Made by a program: the position numbers and the translations under genes
Notes under the pieces: generated by a model
Database searches by the model: none
Seen by the model: the letters and a program-made list of their open reading frames with translations, nothing else
Told to the model about the DNA's origin: nothing
NCBI GenBank assembly: GCA_964188305.1
Contig: OZ076886.1
DNA: 64,000 nt
Reading direction: 5' to 3' (one strand)
Source of the DNA: Podarcis bocagei
Lineage: Eukaryota
Shown: in pieces, positions 1-11,139 of the stretch
Position numbering within the stretch: position 1 is the stretch's first letter
How the letters are laid out: every line of letters starts with the position of its first letter

Positions 1-605
1 ATATCGTCAATGTATCGCAGGTATAAGAGAGGTTTGAGTGGGTAGGAGTTCAGAAAACGTTGTTCTAAATCTGCCATGAAGATGTTGGCATACTGTGGGG
101 CCATGCGGGTGCCCATTGCTGTGCCGCTGATCTGAAGAAACAGGTCATCACCGAATTTGAAGTTGTTGTGGGTAAGGACAAATTGGCAGAGTTTAGTGGC
201 AAGGTCCGCTGTGGTTTTATCTGATATGGTGTTCCTTATAGCTTGTAAACCATCGTTGTGTGGGATGTTGGTATACAGAGATTCCACATCCATAGTAGCT
301 AGTATAGTATTGTTGGGAAGATTATTTAAAGCTAGTATAGTATTGTTGGGAAGATTATTTAAAGATTGTATTTTCCTCAGAAAATCTGTGGTGTCACGTA
401 CATAGCTGGGAGCATTGATGGCATATGGTTTCAGAACAGAGTCCATATAACCGGAGACACCCACTGTAACAGTGCCAATACCTGAAATGATAGGGCGTCC
501 TGGATTTCCTGGTTTGTGTATTTTGGGTAGAAGATAGAAAGTTCCTGGTCGAGGTTCTGTTGGTGTGTTGGTGAGGATCTGTTCTTGGATGTGGGGGGGT
601 AGCTC
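1..605 (-). mobile_element. Penelope-like element, 5'-truncated inverted copy (RT region), running off the left edge of the window
   Basis: Minus strand reads ELPPHIQEQILTNTPTEPRPGTFYLLPKIHKPGNPGRPIISG...YVRDTTDFLRKIQ...DVESLYTNIP...RYIDD with no stop. Bases 1-391 are the reverse complement of 605-962 apart from a 33-bp duplication. Confidence 0.93.
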
Positions 606-2031
606 CACAGATTTTCTGAGGAAAATACAATCTTTAAATAATCTTCCCAACAATACTATACTAGCTACTATGGATGTGGAATCTCTGTATACCAACATCC
701 CACACAACGATGGTTTACAAGCTATAAGGAACACCATATCAGATAAAACCACAGCGGACCTTGCCACTAAACTCTGCCAATTTGTCCTTACCCACAACAA
801 CTTCAAATTCGGTGATGACCTGTTTCTTCAGATCAGCGGCACAGCAATGGGCACCCGCATGGCCCCACAGTATGCCAACATCTTCATGGCAGATTTAGAA
901 CAACGTTTTCTGAACTCCTACCCACTCAAACCTCTCTTATACCTGCGATACATTGACGATATTTTTATCATCTGGACACATGGTCAACAGACCCTGGACA
1001 CCTTTCACCAGCAATTTAATGATTTTCACCCCACAATCAACCTTACAATGAATCAATCTATGCAAGAAATACATTTTTTGGACACTACTATAAAAATACA
1101 GGATGGGCGCATAGACACCACCTTATACCGCAAACCAACTGACCGACAAACATATCTACATGCCTCTAGCTACCATCCCAAACATACCAAACAGTCCATT
1201 GTATATAGCCAGGCACTACGTTACAGCCGCATCTGTTCCAATTCTACAGACAGAGACTCTCACCTAAGGGATCTACAGCAAACCTTCTCAGAACTAAAAT
1301 ACCCAGCAGATGAAGTTAGACAACAGATCAACAGAGCCAGACTGATACCCAGAGAGAACTTGCTGCAAGACAGACCCAAAAAAGAAAATAACAGAACACC
1401 TCTAGTCATCACATACAGCTCCCAAGTTAAAACAGTACAACGCATCATCAGAGATCTACAACCTCTCCTGGACAATGACAGTTCTCTTTCTCAAGCTCTG
1501 GGAGGAAGACCTTTCATTGCCTACAGACAGCCACCCAATCTTAAACAACTCCTAACCCACAATAATACTACAACCAGACTTAACACAGACACTGGCACCA
1601 GAGCCTGCAATAAACCCAGATGCCAACTTTGCTGCCACATACACCCGGACAACACCATTACTGGCCCCAACAACATCACACATACCATCTCGGGACTATT
1701 TAATTGCTCATCGTCTAACATTGTGTATGCCATCAAATGCCAACAGTGTCCTTCAGCTCTCTATATTGGACAAACAGGCCAAACCTTACGCCAAAGAATA
1801 AACGGACATAAATCTGACATCAAGAATCACAGAACAGAGAAACCAGTAGGAGAACACTTCAATCTCCCAGGACATTCTATACAAGATCTCAAAGTAGCTG
1901 TTTTACTACAAAGGAATTTCAGAAATAGACTGGAAAGAGAAGCTGCTGAATTACAACTCATTACCAAACTTAAAACCATGAAAAGACCTGGGCTGAACAA
2001 AGACATTGGATTCTTATCTCACTATACATAA
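606..2031 (+). CDS. Penelope-like (Neptune-type) reverse transcriptase + GIY-YIG endonuclease, 5'-truncated; the first ~13 aa of the tracked 565..2031 ORF come from the inverted copy
   Basis: RT motifs DVESLYTNIP, GTAMGTRMAPQYAN, RYIDDIF and FLD; Cys-rich linker CNKPRCQLC; GIY-YIG domain NIVYAIKC..C...YIGQT...R...H; uninterrupted to the TAA at 2031. Confidence 0.95.
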
Positions 2032-2304
2032 CTAAACCATTTCTCACCTTCCCACCCCTTGCCTTTTCCTGTAAGACCTATTACAGTCGTTAAGAGTCGT
2101 CAAGAGGCTCTCTCAGCTATCTGCCTATCTCCCATTCCCACCACCCTTCTGAGTAACACCCCTCCCCACCTTCTCACTATATAGAAGGATCTGGCAACTT
2201 CTGTTTCAGTGTATCTGAAGAAGTGTGCATGCACACGAAAGCTCATACCAAGAACTAACTTAGTTGGTCTTTAAGGTGCTACTGGTAGGAATTTTTTTAT
2301 TTTG
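2032..2304 (+). mobile_element. Penelope 3' UTR / pseudo-LTR (pLTR)
   Basis: Directly follows the PLE stop codon; TATA-like tatatag at about 2178; hammerhead motif; typical ...ttagttggtctttaaggtgctactgg end followed by a T-run. Confidence 0.85.
2211..2248 (+). ncRNA. Minimal type I hammerhead ribozyme (PLE-associated)
   Basis: GUAU-CUGAAGA-A-GUGUGC-AU-GCACAC-GAAA-GC-UC^AUAC: conserved core, stem I GUAU/AUAC, palindromic stem II and vestigial palindromic stem III (AGCU). Confidence 0.85.
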
Positions 2305-2578
2305 GAATGGTAAGGAAAGATATAAAAATTTTCCAGTCCCCTCAAGTTCAGGTACCCATGCCTGAGGCTATTTGATTATGTGGAACCTTGGAACTGGCTG
2401 ATGCAGGAGATCTGGTTGCAAACCACTCACCCACCCCTGCCTTATGTTCAGATGACAAGTTAAGCTATTCTTTTCTGATGTGCTTATGGCCTGACCATTT
2501 CCTAAATTTTTATCCCCTGGTTTACTGTTTTAAAAGAAGACAGAGGTTCAAAGCACTTGCTCCGGAATAAAATAAGTA

Positions 2579-2838
2579 GAGTGGTACCTCTGATTGCAAA
2601 TGGGATCCGTTCCAGAGGCCCATTCGCAACATGAAAAGAGCACAACCCGCAGCAGCGCGTCTGCGTACGTGCGGGTTGCGATTTGGCGCTTCTGCGCATG
2701 CACGTGATGTCTTTTTGCGCTTATGCGCATGCGCGAGCGGTGAAACCCAGAAGTAACCCTTTCCAGTACTTCCAGGTCGCCGCGGGACGTAACCTGAAAG
2801 AACGTAACATGAAAAAAACGTAACATGAAGTATGACTG
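2579..2838. mobile_element. Tc1/mariner (pogo/Tigger-like) MITE
   Basis: TA-flanked; left end gagtggtacctc, right end gaagtatgactg; CpG-rich interior with repeated cgtaacatg/cgtaacctg. Confidence 0.75.
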
Positions 2839-3728
2839 TACCATCAGTTCCGGGGTGGGCACACACAGCCCTTCCTTCCAACATCTCATGGTTGCTCTCC
2901 ACCTCCCCATCGTCTGCTGCCTGGTGGCCACCTCATTCTGCCTAATGACCTCCCCTGCTGGGGTAGACCTCTTTCTCCACCCACGAACCTCTCAAGGACA
3001 ATGGGATTGCATCCTGAGTAGTATAGACAGAAGAACGAAATGTTTTCACCTCCATTGCACTACCCAAAAGCATTCAGCAAGCAATCCCAGGGTGCTTCAT
3101 TCTTTTGGCTTTCACCTGTTTCTGAACGACAACCTCGCTATAGCATTCTTCAGCTTCTCTATCTAAAAGTATGAGATTTGGGAGGTAATCCAAGTGAAGG
3201 GGAAATGACCACAAACTACCTCTTATTCTCCACCAGTTAGTGCTAATTTCCCAATGCTATTTAAATTAAAAGAGAAAAAGGCATTCTAAATTGGAATATT
3301 TATGAATGTCTGAGTGCATGCAAGGCTGTTGCAAACAGTTTGAAAAATTAATGTGTCAAGATGAATTTTAATGACAAATTTGCTGCTGCCCTGAAGTGTC
3401 CTGCACTGAGTAAAATTTTCATTTTTTTAATAGATGCAAACGGTAATCTGTTAACAGAACAATTTTATCCATGTTTTATGTCAACTGTGCAGTACAGTAT
3501 TGGATTTCTCCTAACCTATGTCTTGCTATGGTACTAGTGGCGGGTGGGTGGCTGGGGGAAAACAACAGTCCTCTACTAGCAGTTAAGGAACATGGTGGCA
3601 ATATGTTGGTACAATGTTTACATTTGGAGAGAGCTGGTGCAAAAGTCTTAGCACTTAGAATTAAAGACGTTTGAGCTGAATTCCAAAACTAAAATCACAA
3701 CCACTAGAATGCCTATATTAAGCAAATC

Positions 3729-4142
3729 CAATTGAAAAAACACGTAAACATAATAGGCTGTATAATAACAATTGTAAAGTTATTTACTAGAAACTACTTC
3801 TCAAAATTAGATACAGCTTCTCATAATGTCAAAATCTACCAGTGCCAGTGTTCAAATGATTTAATGTTGTACTCTTCTAAGGAATATGTCAGGTAGAAAA
3901 AGACAAGAGAAGAATGAAGAAATTAGAATATGAATGTACTATGGGACTGACAAAATAAGAATTGGATTTTGTACATACTGGACTCGGTGGCCAACTGAAT
4001 AAGCTACATTTTAATATGTTATGTCACGATGTTGATTTTGACATTATGAGAAGCTGTATCTAATTTTGAGAAGTAGTTTCTAGTAAATAACTTTACAATT
4101 GTTATAGTACAGCCTATTACATTTTCGTGTTTTTTTCAGTTG
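3729..4142. repeat. Long inverted repeat (~108-bp arms, 72-bp perfect core) with 197-bp spacer
   Basis: 3765-3836 is the exact reverse complement of 4034-4105; outer arms are imperfect; flanked by the direct repeat tgaattccaaaactaa at 3677-3692 and 4141-4156. Confidence 0.92.
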
Positions 4143-5423
4143 AATTCCAAAACTAAGCAGAGCTCAGAGTCCTTCTATGCAAAAATTCAGTCTTTGTTTC
4201 CTCAGCTTTCTTCAGTTAAACACTATAGCTTAGGGGCAGGGATGGGGAAGATTTATCAATTTCAGTTTCTCCCAGTTTCTAATTATTTCCATTCTTCAGT
4301 TATCCACATTTCCATATCAGGTTCTGTTTGGTTTTTTTTAAGACTTCATGAAAATTCATCTGTGTTTTAATGTGAATTTCTCCTAATATAAATTTCACTC
4401 ACATTTTTGCAAAGCAACTTCCTCTAATATAATGTATTTTTGTATGCTGTTTTCACACATATATGCATTTCCAGGGCTGAACTGATACTACCCTTGCTGG
4501 TACCTTTCCCGGGAAAATCAGAGGCTCACTATGTCAGATTCCCATTGGAAGAACGGACAAATGCTAGAACATTAGCAGTGGCAAAGTTTTTATCGGTGGT
4601 TGCAAGAACCAGTGATCCCTATATTCTGAACAAAATGCTTGTTTAACCTGGAGGTAGGCTGTGTGAATTGTGTATTGCTTTGTAATGATTTGTTGGGTCT
4701 CTGGACCATAATAAAGATTGTTGTTGTTGCTGTTGTTGTTACATATCCATGCATGCTTATATATGCATTTTTGTGCATCCATGTAAACTAAATTGACTTT
4801 CTCTCTCATTCCGATTTGGGGAGGCAGAGGCAGGAGGGAGTCCCGTGATCCTAGGATGAAGGGTGGTATATAAATTTAATAAATAAATTTCATTTCATTT
4901 CACTTTTAATTTGCGTACCACCTTTGTATACTACTATACACAAGGTGGTTTACAAGCTGAAGAAACAACGAAATAGTCAGCAAAGATCACAAACCTAATA
5001 ACAATATGATCCAATGTGAAAATGTCGAAATAGCTTTTAAATAAACAACTCATATAAAACAAAACAATATTCAATAATCCATTTGAATATAAAAGCAAAC
5101 AATAAAATTAAATATCAGCCAATAATAATTGAACATTTTGCACTTATCAGTTTCAATGAAGAATTGCTAAACTGTAATTAAAATAATAATAACGGCAAAT
5201 CGCAATGCATAAGATACCACAAAACATACAAAACCATGTAAAAGGATCAAATTGATAAACAAGGACAGCTGATAAATAAATAAACTGCTGCCAAACCATC
5301 AGTCGGAATCCTTGCCAATCTACTTCAAAACCACCCATAGATGTACAGTACTAGTAGATCCTGATCTACCTTCTACTCACCCCTGCTTTAAACTTCATCA
5401 ACTTAGAAAGGGATGGAATGCAC

Positions 5424-5554
5424 CACTGGCAGAGGAAGAGGAGGCAGCGCAATCCCAGTGGGGTGCCATCACGGCTGCCCCCCCACCCACACTGGGCACC
5501 CCGCCCCCACCTGCTCTCTGGCCCCCAGTGCTGGAGCATGAAGCTCTGCCACTG
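5424..5554. mobile_element. Small non-autonomous hAT element
   Basis: Termini cactggcagag / ctctgccactg; 8-bp TSD gaatgcac / aaatgcac (7/8). Confidence 0.65.
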
Positions 5555-6225
5555 AAATGCACATCATAAAAAGGAAGCCATATTGAGAACCATCTGGTCC
5601 GTCCTGCTTTTCTGCTCCTTTCTATTTCTCTTTTGTTGTATGTATGGATATGTCATTTGGCTGGAATGAATGGCTTATTAAAAGCTCATAATATCCAAAT
5701 CCATTTATTGGTACAGAAAGTTTGCAATTGTAAGGACAATGCTGAAGGGCAGGGAAATGAAGTGTGAATGAAAAACACTCAGGATAAACTGCCCCAAACC
5801 TTAAAAAAAATAAAAAATAAATTGATCCATTTGTACCAATACGAATAAACTATGAATTTCATCAGAGCCATACACTGATGACTGTTCTCTGTCCAGACTT
5901 CACTCAGCTCTTCACAGGCAACAATACTGTATGACTATTTTATAGAGCAGGGACTCAGCTGCAAATAAGTGTGTTGTAAAGTGCAATATACATATGTGGC
6001 GCTGATGTGAGCTATGACAAATTCAATATATTTTTCAAAACGTTTTTTAAAAAAGGATTTTCAGAGTGGTTTTTTAATATGTGTGGAGATTCCACCCAGG
6101 TCTCTTTTGTCCCATGGGCCAAAAGAAGACACATGGCAGACTAAGGAACTGTTTAAAATGCACATTTAAAAAAATGGCTTCCACCAAAGAATCCTAGGGC
6201 AGTAGTTTAAGTGTGCTGAGAACTG

Positions 6226-6738
6226 TGTTGTTGTTGTTGTTGTTTAGTCGTTTAGTCATGTCCGACTCTTTGTGACCCCATGGACCAGAGCATGGCAGGC
6301 ACTCCTATCTTCCACTGCCTCCCACAGTTTGGTCAAACTCATGCTGGTAGCTTCGAGAACACTGTCCAACCATCTCATCCTCTGTCGTCCCCTTCTCCTT
6401 GTGCCCTCCATCTTTCCCAACATCAGGGTCTTTTCCAGGGAGTCTTCTCTTCTCATGAGGTGGCCAAAGTACTGGAGCCTCAGCTTCACTATCTGTCCTT
6501 CCAGTGAGCACTCAGGGCTGATTTCCTTAAGAATTTATAGGTTTGATCTTCTCGCAGTCCATTGGACTCTCAAGAGTCTCCTCCAACACCATAATTCAAA
6601 AGCATCAATTCTTCAGCGATCAGCCTTCTTTATGGTCCAGCTCTCACTTCCATACAACACTACTGGGAAAACCATAGCTTTAACTATACGGACCTTTGTT
6701 GGCAAGGTGATGTCTCTGCTTTTTAAGATGCTGTCTAG
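6226..6738 (-). mobile_element. BovB (RTE) LINE, 5'-truncated 3' end
   Basis: ORF end KLRLQYFGHLMRREDSLEKTLMLGKMEG...VHGVTKSRT; (CAA)n tail; sits inside a palindromic lizard MITE remnant (about 6150-6822). Confidence 0.93.
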
Positions 6739-6822
6739 CTCTGTGCAATTCCTTGGATTTTTGGGGGAACATCATGTGCTTTAAATGTGCATTGGATGCA
6801 CTTTAAATGTTTGGTGTGGATC

Positions 6823-6956
6823 NNNNNNNNNNNNNNNNNNNNNNNNNNNNNNNNNNNNNNNNNNNNNNNNNNNNNNNNNNNNNNNNNNNNNNNNNNNNNN
6901 NNNNNNNNNNNNNNNNNNNNNNNNNNNNNNNNNNNNNNNNNNNNNNNNNNNNNNNN
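6823..6956. other. Assembly gap
   Basis: Run of N. Confidence 1.
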
Positions 6957-7895
6957 GGTTTTTAGTGGCAGAATTTAGAAGAAGCTGAACTACATAAAAA
7001 TACTCTAGCTTTGCATCTTAAATAATCTTGCAGTTTGTCATCCTCACCAACTCCCAGGCTTGGCTGGAGTCCCACATCCCTCTGTGGAAAGCTGTACTTT
7101 GTTCTGTGCACAATGTTCTGGCTGAAATCAATATCAGCAGCACTCAGCCCAGTGTTCTGGGATGCTTGTATTTCACCAGCATCCATCTCGTTTGAGATTT
7201 CTGAAAGCATGCACAGATGCATTGCTAACAAAATGTATTACACGGATCTGGCAGAGCACCTGGGACTTGCAACATGAAGGTATCCAAGATGACCAGTGGA
7301 TCATGAACTGTGAAGCACATCAACATCTGCACATGAACCCTGGAGAATTCTGAGTAATGAAAAATTCAGCCCAGAGAAGGCAGGTAGCATGTACTAACCC
7401 CCTGAACAGAGCTTGACTTCTCAAACTCTAAAAAGGTTCCTTACATCCTTTCAAAAGAAAAGCAACAGCAGAAAAGGAGCTCTGCTGGTAGCACTCATCT
7501 CATTTCAAATATGTTCAAGCTCCATAGGAGATATTTTGGCAAAGGAAATACCCATAAGCCTTCTGCATTCCACCCCCAGTATAATTCCCATCCAACTTGG
7601 GCCCGTCTCTGAAGCTGTCTGAACAAACAGAAGGCTATATTTGCTACAGTCTCACTGTCTACATACATGGTGTAGAATTCTTCTGTCCTCAGGACAGCTG
7701 CAAATCATAGAGCAAGCTGGGGAAAAGTGATAAACTTCAGGCATAAAGTTAGACAGCTATATTAAAAAAAAGGAAAATAAGTTGGTTTGTATAGTGAGGC
7801 CTTGCAGGGCTTTTCCCACCTGGCATAGGAGGGTGGGCCCTGATGGACTCCAGCTACAAAAGCTGCTGCTGAACAGACTGGGGTATTGCCTAGGG

Positions 7896-9213
7896 CACGG
7901 GTGTCAAACACAAGGCCCACGGGCCGAATCCGGCCCGCTAGACCTCGTCATGTGGCCCTTGTACATTTGAATATCTACTTATATTCTAGTTCCGAGCAAG
8001 CGGCTTCTTTGAAAGACAGGAACCGGCCGCAGCCCCGGGTTTTTATTCCCCTCCCTTCCTTTTGCTGCGGAGAGGAAGCGAGAACTGCAACGAGCCCCGG
8101 AGCTGGGAAGAGGGCGCGTGGGTGGCTGAGTTGGAGGGTGAAGATTTGGGTTGGGCAAGAAGGATCAAGGGTCGGGAGCGAAAGCGCAAGTCAGGGCTCC
8201 CTCGCCACCCCCACCCGCCTCTTAGGACATCCGAGCAGACCCCGCAGCGCAGGCAGCCGTGAATGGGGTGGGGGAAGGCAGGCGAGAGAGACCACCAATC
8301 CGGGCCAGCTGTGCCCAAAGAGGGTCAGCGATTCAGCTGCGCCGCAGCCCGCCTGCCCGCCCCCCTCCTCCAACGCGAAGATCAGCCACACAAGCTCGAC
8401 AGCCGAGCTCCGGGACGCGGGCCTGACCGAGTCCCCGGCGCAGCCGCCAAAGCTAGCAAATGCACGGAAGCGGCAGGGTGAGAAGAAGCTGGGCTCCGGT
8501 TAGGCTTCGCCAAAAATGCTGTAGGTGTGAGGCTGCGTGGCGCGGTTTTTATACGGCGCGCTGTATCCCTCCACCGGAGCAGCGCCTTCTTTTCCCCTCT
8601 CGCTCCTGGGACTAGGGCATGTGGCAGCAGAGTGACTGCAGCAGGCAGCCCTGCCCCCTCCCCTCCCCACACCCGCCCCGGCCCCTCCCCCGCTCCGAGA
8701 GGCCGAGCTGTTCCGCAGCAGGCAGGGAGAAGGGCAGGCTGTGTGTCTGCTGCTTCCCTCGGAAGCCCCGAGGAAGCCTGGCAATAAAAACAAGAGCGGA
8801 AAGGGGCCTGGCGAGGATGCGTTTGGGGCCAGCCCTACTGTTAGGCAGAGTGAGGAGGAGAGATCTTGAGGCGACTGATTTGGGGGTGGGCGGCAAGAAG
8901 AGGAAGCAAATTCTTGCCTAGTTCACTTATTGTTTCTGGAGTTTTGCTCCCAGGGAGAAGGAGAGGAACCTGTGGGAATTCGCAATATCCGCAATAGCCA
9001 GCCTGTATATCTACTTGCCATTATTCTGACTATGTTTCTGCTTTCAGAGCTAGTTATTACTTACATTATTACAAAAAACAGTAATAATTGAATGCAGTGA
9101 CAATAATTTATGATAATAAAGAGTGGACACATAGTCCTACAGATACAACCGGCCCTTTGAGGGTGACCAAACTGCTGATGCGGCCCCCAATGAATTTGAC
9201 TTTGACACCCCTG
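7896..9213. mobile_element. Non-autonomous hAT (Charlie-like) element carrying a GC-rich cargo
   Basis: TIRs cacgggtgtcaaac / tttgacacccctg; perfect 8-bp TSD gcctaggg (7888-7895, 9214-9221); subterminal ggccc motifs; no transposase ORF. Confidence 0.9.
8500..8720 (-). promoter_or_regulatory. Candidate Pol II promoter (GC boxes, TATAAAAA, initiator-like site) inside the hAT cargo
   Basis: Minus-strand TATAAAAA at 8546-8553; pyrimidine-purine steps ~31-33 nt downstream (8520-8522); GGGGCGG/GGGAGG boxes at 8650-8692; CpG-island composition across 7990-8900. Confidence 0.5.
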
Positions 9214-9344
9214 GCCTAGGGTGTTTTGTTGGGAGGGAGGTTGCTGTTATCGCTATTAATTTTTTGTATCTTAACTTTGAATCTTATTATGCTTTATGTG
9301 GAAATTGTTCCGTTTGCTTGTGTACTTTATATGTTTTATTTACA

Positions 9345-10215
9345 GAGAGACTATGGAAAGAAGATATCAGGTTCACAGTGTGCTATAATTTAAGAGAAAA
9401 TATTATGAAAATGGTATGTCGGTGGCACCTCACCCCGGCCAGATTGGCCAAAATGTATAGGAGTAGATTGGAAAATTGTTGGAGATGTAAGGAGGTGAGA
9501 GGGTCATTTATGCATACTGTGTGTGATGGGAATGTGGAAAAATTAGGAAGTTTTGGGATATTATATATAATGAACTAAAAAAGATGTTAAAAATCCCATT
9601 CACAAAATGACCGGAAGCCTTCTTATTAGGGATAATGTCAACTGAAATAAAAAAAGAAGTAAGACCTCTCTTTATGTATACAACATCCACAGCCAGAATT
9701 TTAATTGCAATGTATTGGACAAATGAAATTACACCTACAAAATCAGAATGGCAAGTTAAACTATTAGAATATCTGCGAATGGCAAAAATGACAGGAAGGG
9801 TAGGAGGGTATTAGATGCAAAAAGTAAATCAAGAATGGATTATATTCAAAGAATATCTGAAAAAATTACTGTGACAGCAAAAACCTTATGGCAGATCTTG
9901 AATGAGTCTTGCAATGTACAGATAATCTATGTAAATTTATTGTTTCTATTTAATTTTTCTTTTCTTTTTCTATTTATTTATTATTATTATTTCTTTATCA
10001 AAAAGTTTTATGAAAATAATATAATAGTATGACACTGTGTAAAAAATAACAAGTGTAATTCAGTTTCTTTTGAGAACATTCAGAAGTCTACTTTAAGTCT
10101 TTTTATATTTCTTGTATTCCTTTTTGTTGTATGGGCTGGGATATAAATTGTAATATAGTATATTGTATAATTTTGTGAAATATGTTTAATAAAGATTTTT
10201 TTAAAAAAATAAAAA
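9345..10215 (+). mobile_element. L1/Tx1-clade LINE 3' fragment (degenerate ORF2 C-terminus, 3' UTR, A-rich tail)
   Basis: RENIMKMVCRWHLTPARLAKMY...CWRCKEVRGSFMH (CCHC knuckle region); frameshifts and stops; aataaa and A-run near 10190-10215. Confidence 0.8.
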
Positions 10216-10368
10216 ATACGTTTTATTTACTGTTTATGACTACTTTCACTACATTAGTGAGTATGTAGCTTTTTTCAGGTTGCAAGCCACCTTGCACATG
10301 CGGCATACAAATAAAATTATACATACACACTCACAGAGAGAGAGAGAGAGAGTGAGAGAGTGAGAGAG

Positions 10369-10568
10369 AGTGGTACCTCAGGTTAAGAACTTAATTCGTT
10401 CTGGAGGTCCGTTCTTAACCTGAAACTGTTCTTAACCTGAAGCACCACTTTAGCTAATGGGGCCTCCCGCTGCCGCTGTGTGATTTATATTCTCATCCTG
10501 AAGCAAAGTTCTTAACCCGAGGTGCTGTTTGTGGGTTAGTAGAGTCTTTAACCTGAAGTGTCTGTAAC
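10369..10568. mobile_element. Tigger-like MITE, partial (runs into gap); same family as 18737-18978 in opposite orientation
   Basis: agtggtacctcaggttaag terminus; repeated cttaacctga motifs. Confidence 0.85.
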
Positions 10569-10708
10569 NNNNNNNNNNNNNNNNNNNNNNNNNNNNNNNN
10601 NNNNNNNNNNNNNNNNNNNNNNNNNNNNNNNNNNNNNNNNNNNNNNNNNNNNNNNNNNNNNNNNNNNNNNNNNNNNNNNNNNNNNNNNNNNNNNNNNNNN
10701 NNNNNNNN
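10569..10708. other. Assembly gap
   Basis: Run of N. Confidence 1.
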
Positions 10709-10879
10709 TAGTGTGATGTCTAGCAAGCCAATGAAGGGACAGGAGATTAGCAGCTGGGTGGGTCCAAGGAGGAAACACTGTGGTCCAAATAGAGGTGCGA
10801 TGTTGGGCTGCACTCAGCCATCAGTTCCTTGCCCTATGATGAGATCACCAAGAACTGCTGAAGAATTTCAGTTCCATTT

Positions 10880-11139
10880 AGAAGAAAGAAGAAAGAAGAA
10901 GAGTTTGGATTTGATATCCTGCTTTATCACTACCCTAAGGAGTCTCAAATTGGCTCACAATCTCCTTTCCCTTCTTCCCCACACAACAAACACTCTGTGA
11001 GGTGAGTGGGGCTGAGAGACTTCAGAGAAGTGTGACTAGCCCAAGGTCACCCAGCAGCTGCATGTGGAGGAGCGGGGAAGCCAACCCGGTTCACCAGATT
11101 ACAAGTCCACCGCTCTTAACAACTACACCACGCTGGCTC
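10880..11139 (-). mobile_element. tRNA-derived CORE/MIR-related SINE (Squam3-like)
   Basis: Minus-strand head gagccagcgtggtgtagttgttaagagcgg...ggttggcttcc (A/B boxes); CORE-like body; (TTC)n tail; very similar to 41322-41570. Confidence 0.85.

Noticed and set aside
565-605. Start of the 488-aa ORF (MLVRICSWMWGGS)
   Set aside because: Antisense sequence of the inverted PLE copy, not a real N-terminus.
6272-6784. 170-aa plus-strand ORF (similar ORFs at 29785 and 59060)
   Set aside because: Antisense frame of BovB.
6962-7622. Short ORFs next to the gap as possible host exons
   Set aside because: No recognisable homology or consistent splice signals.
7886-8921. Many overlapping 70-205 aa ORFs
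   Set aside because: Expected from high GC content; low-complexity Pro/Ala/Gly/Arg products with no domain motifs.
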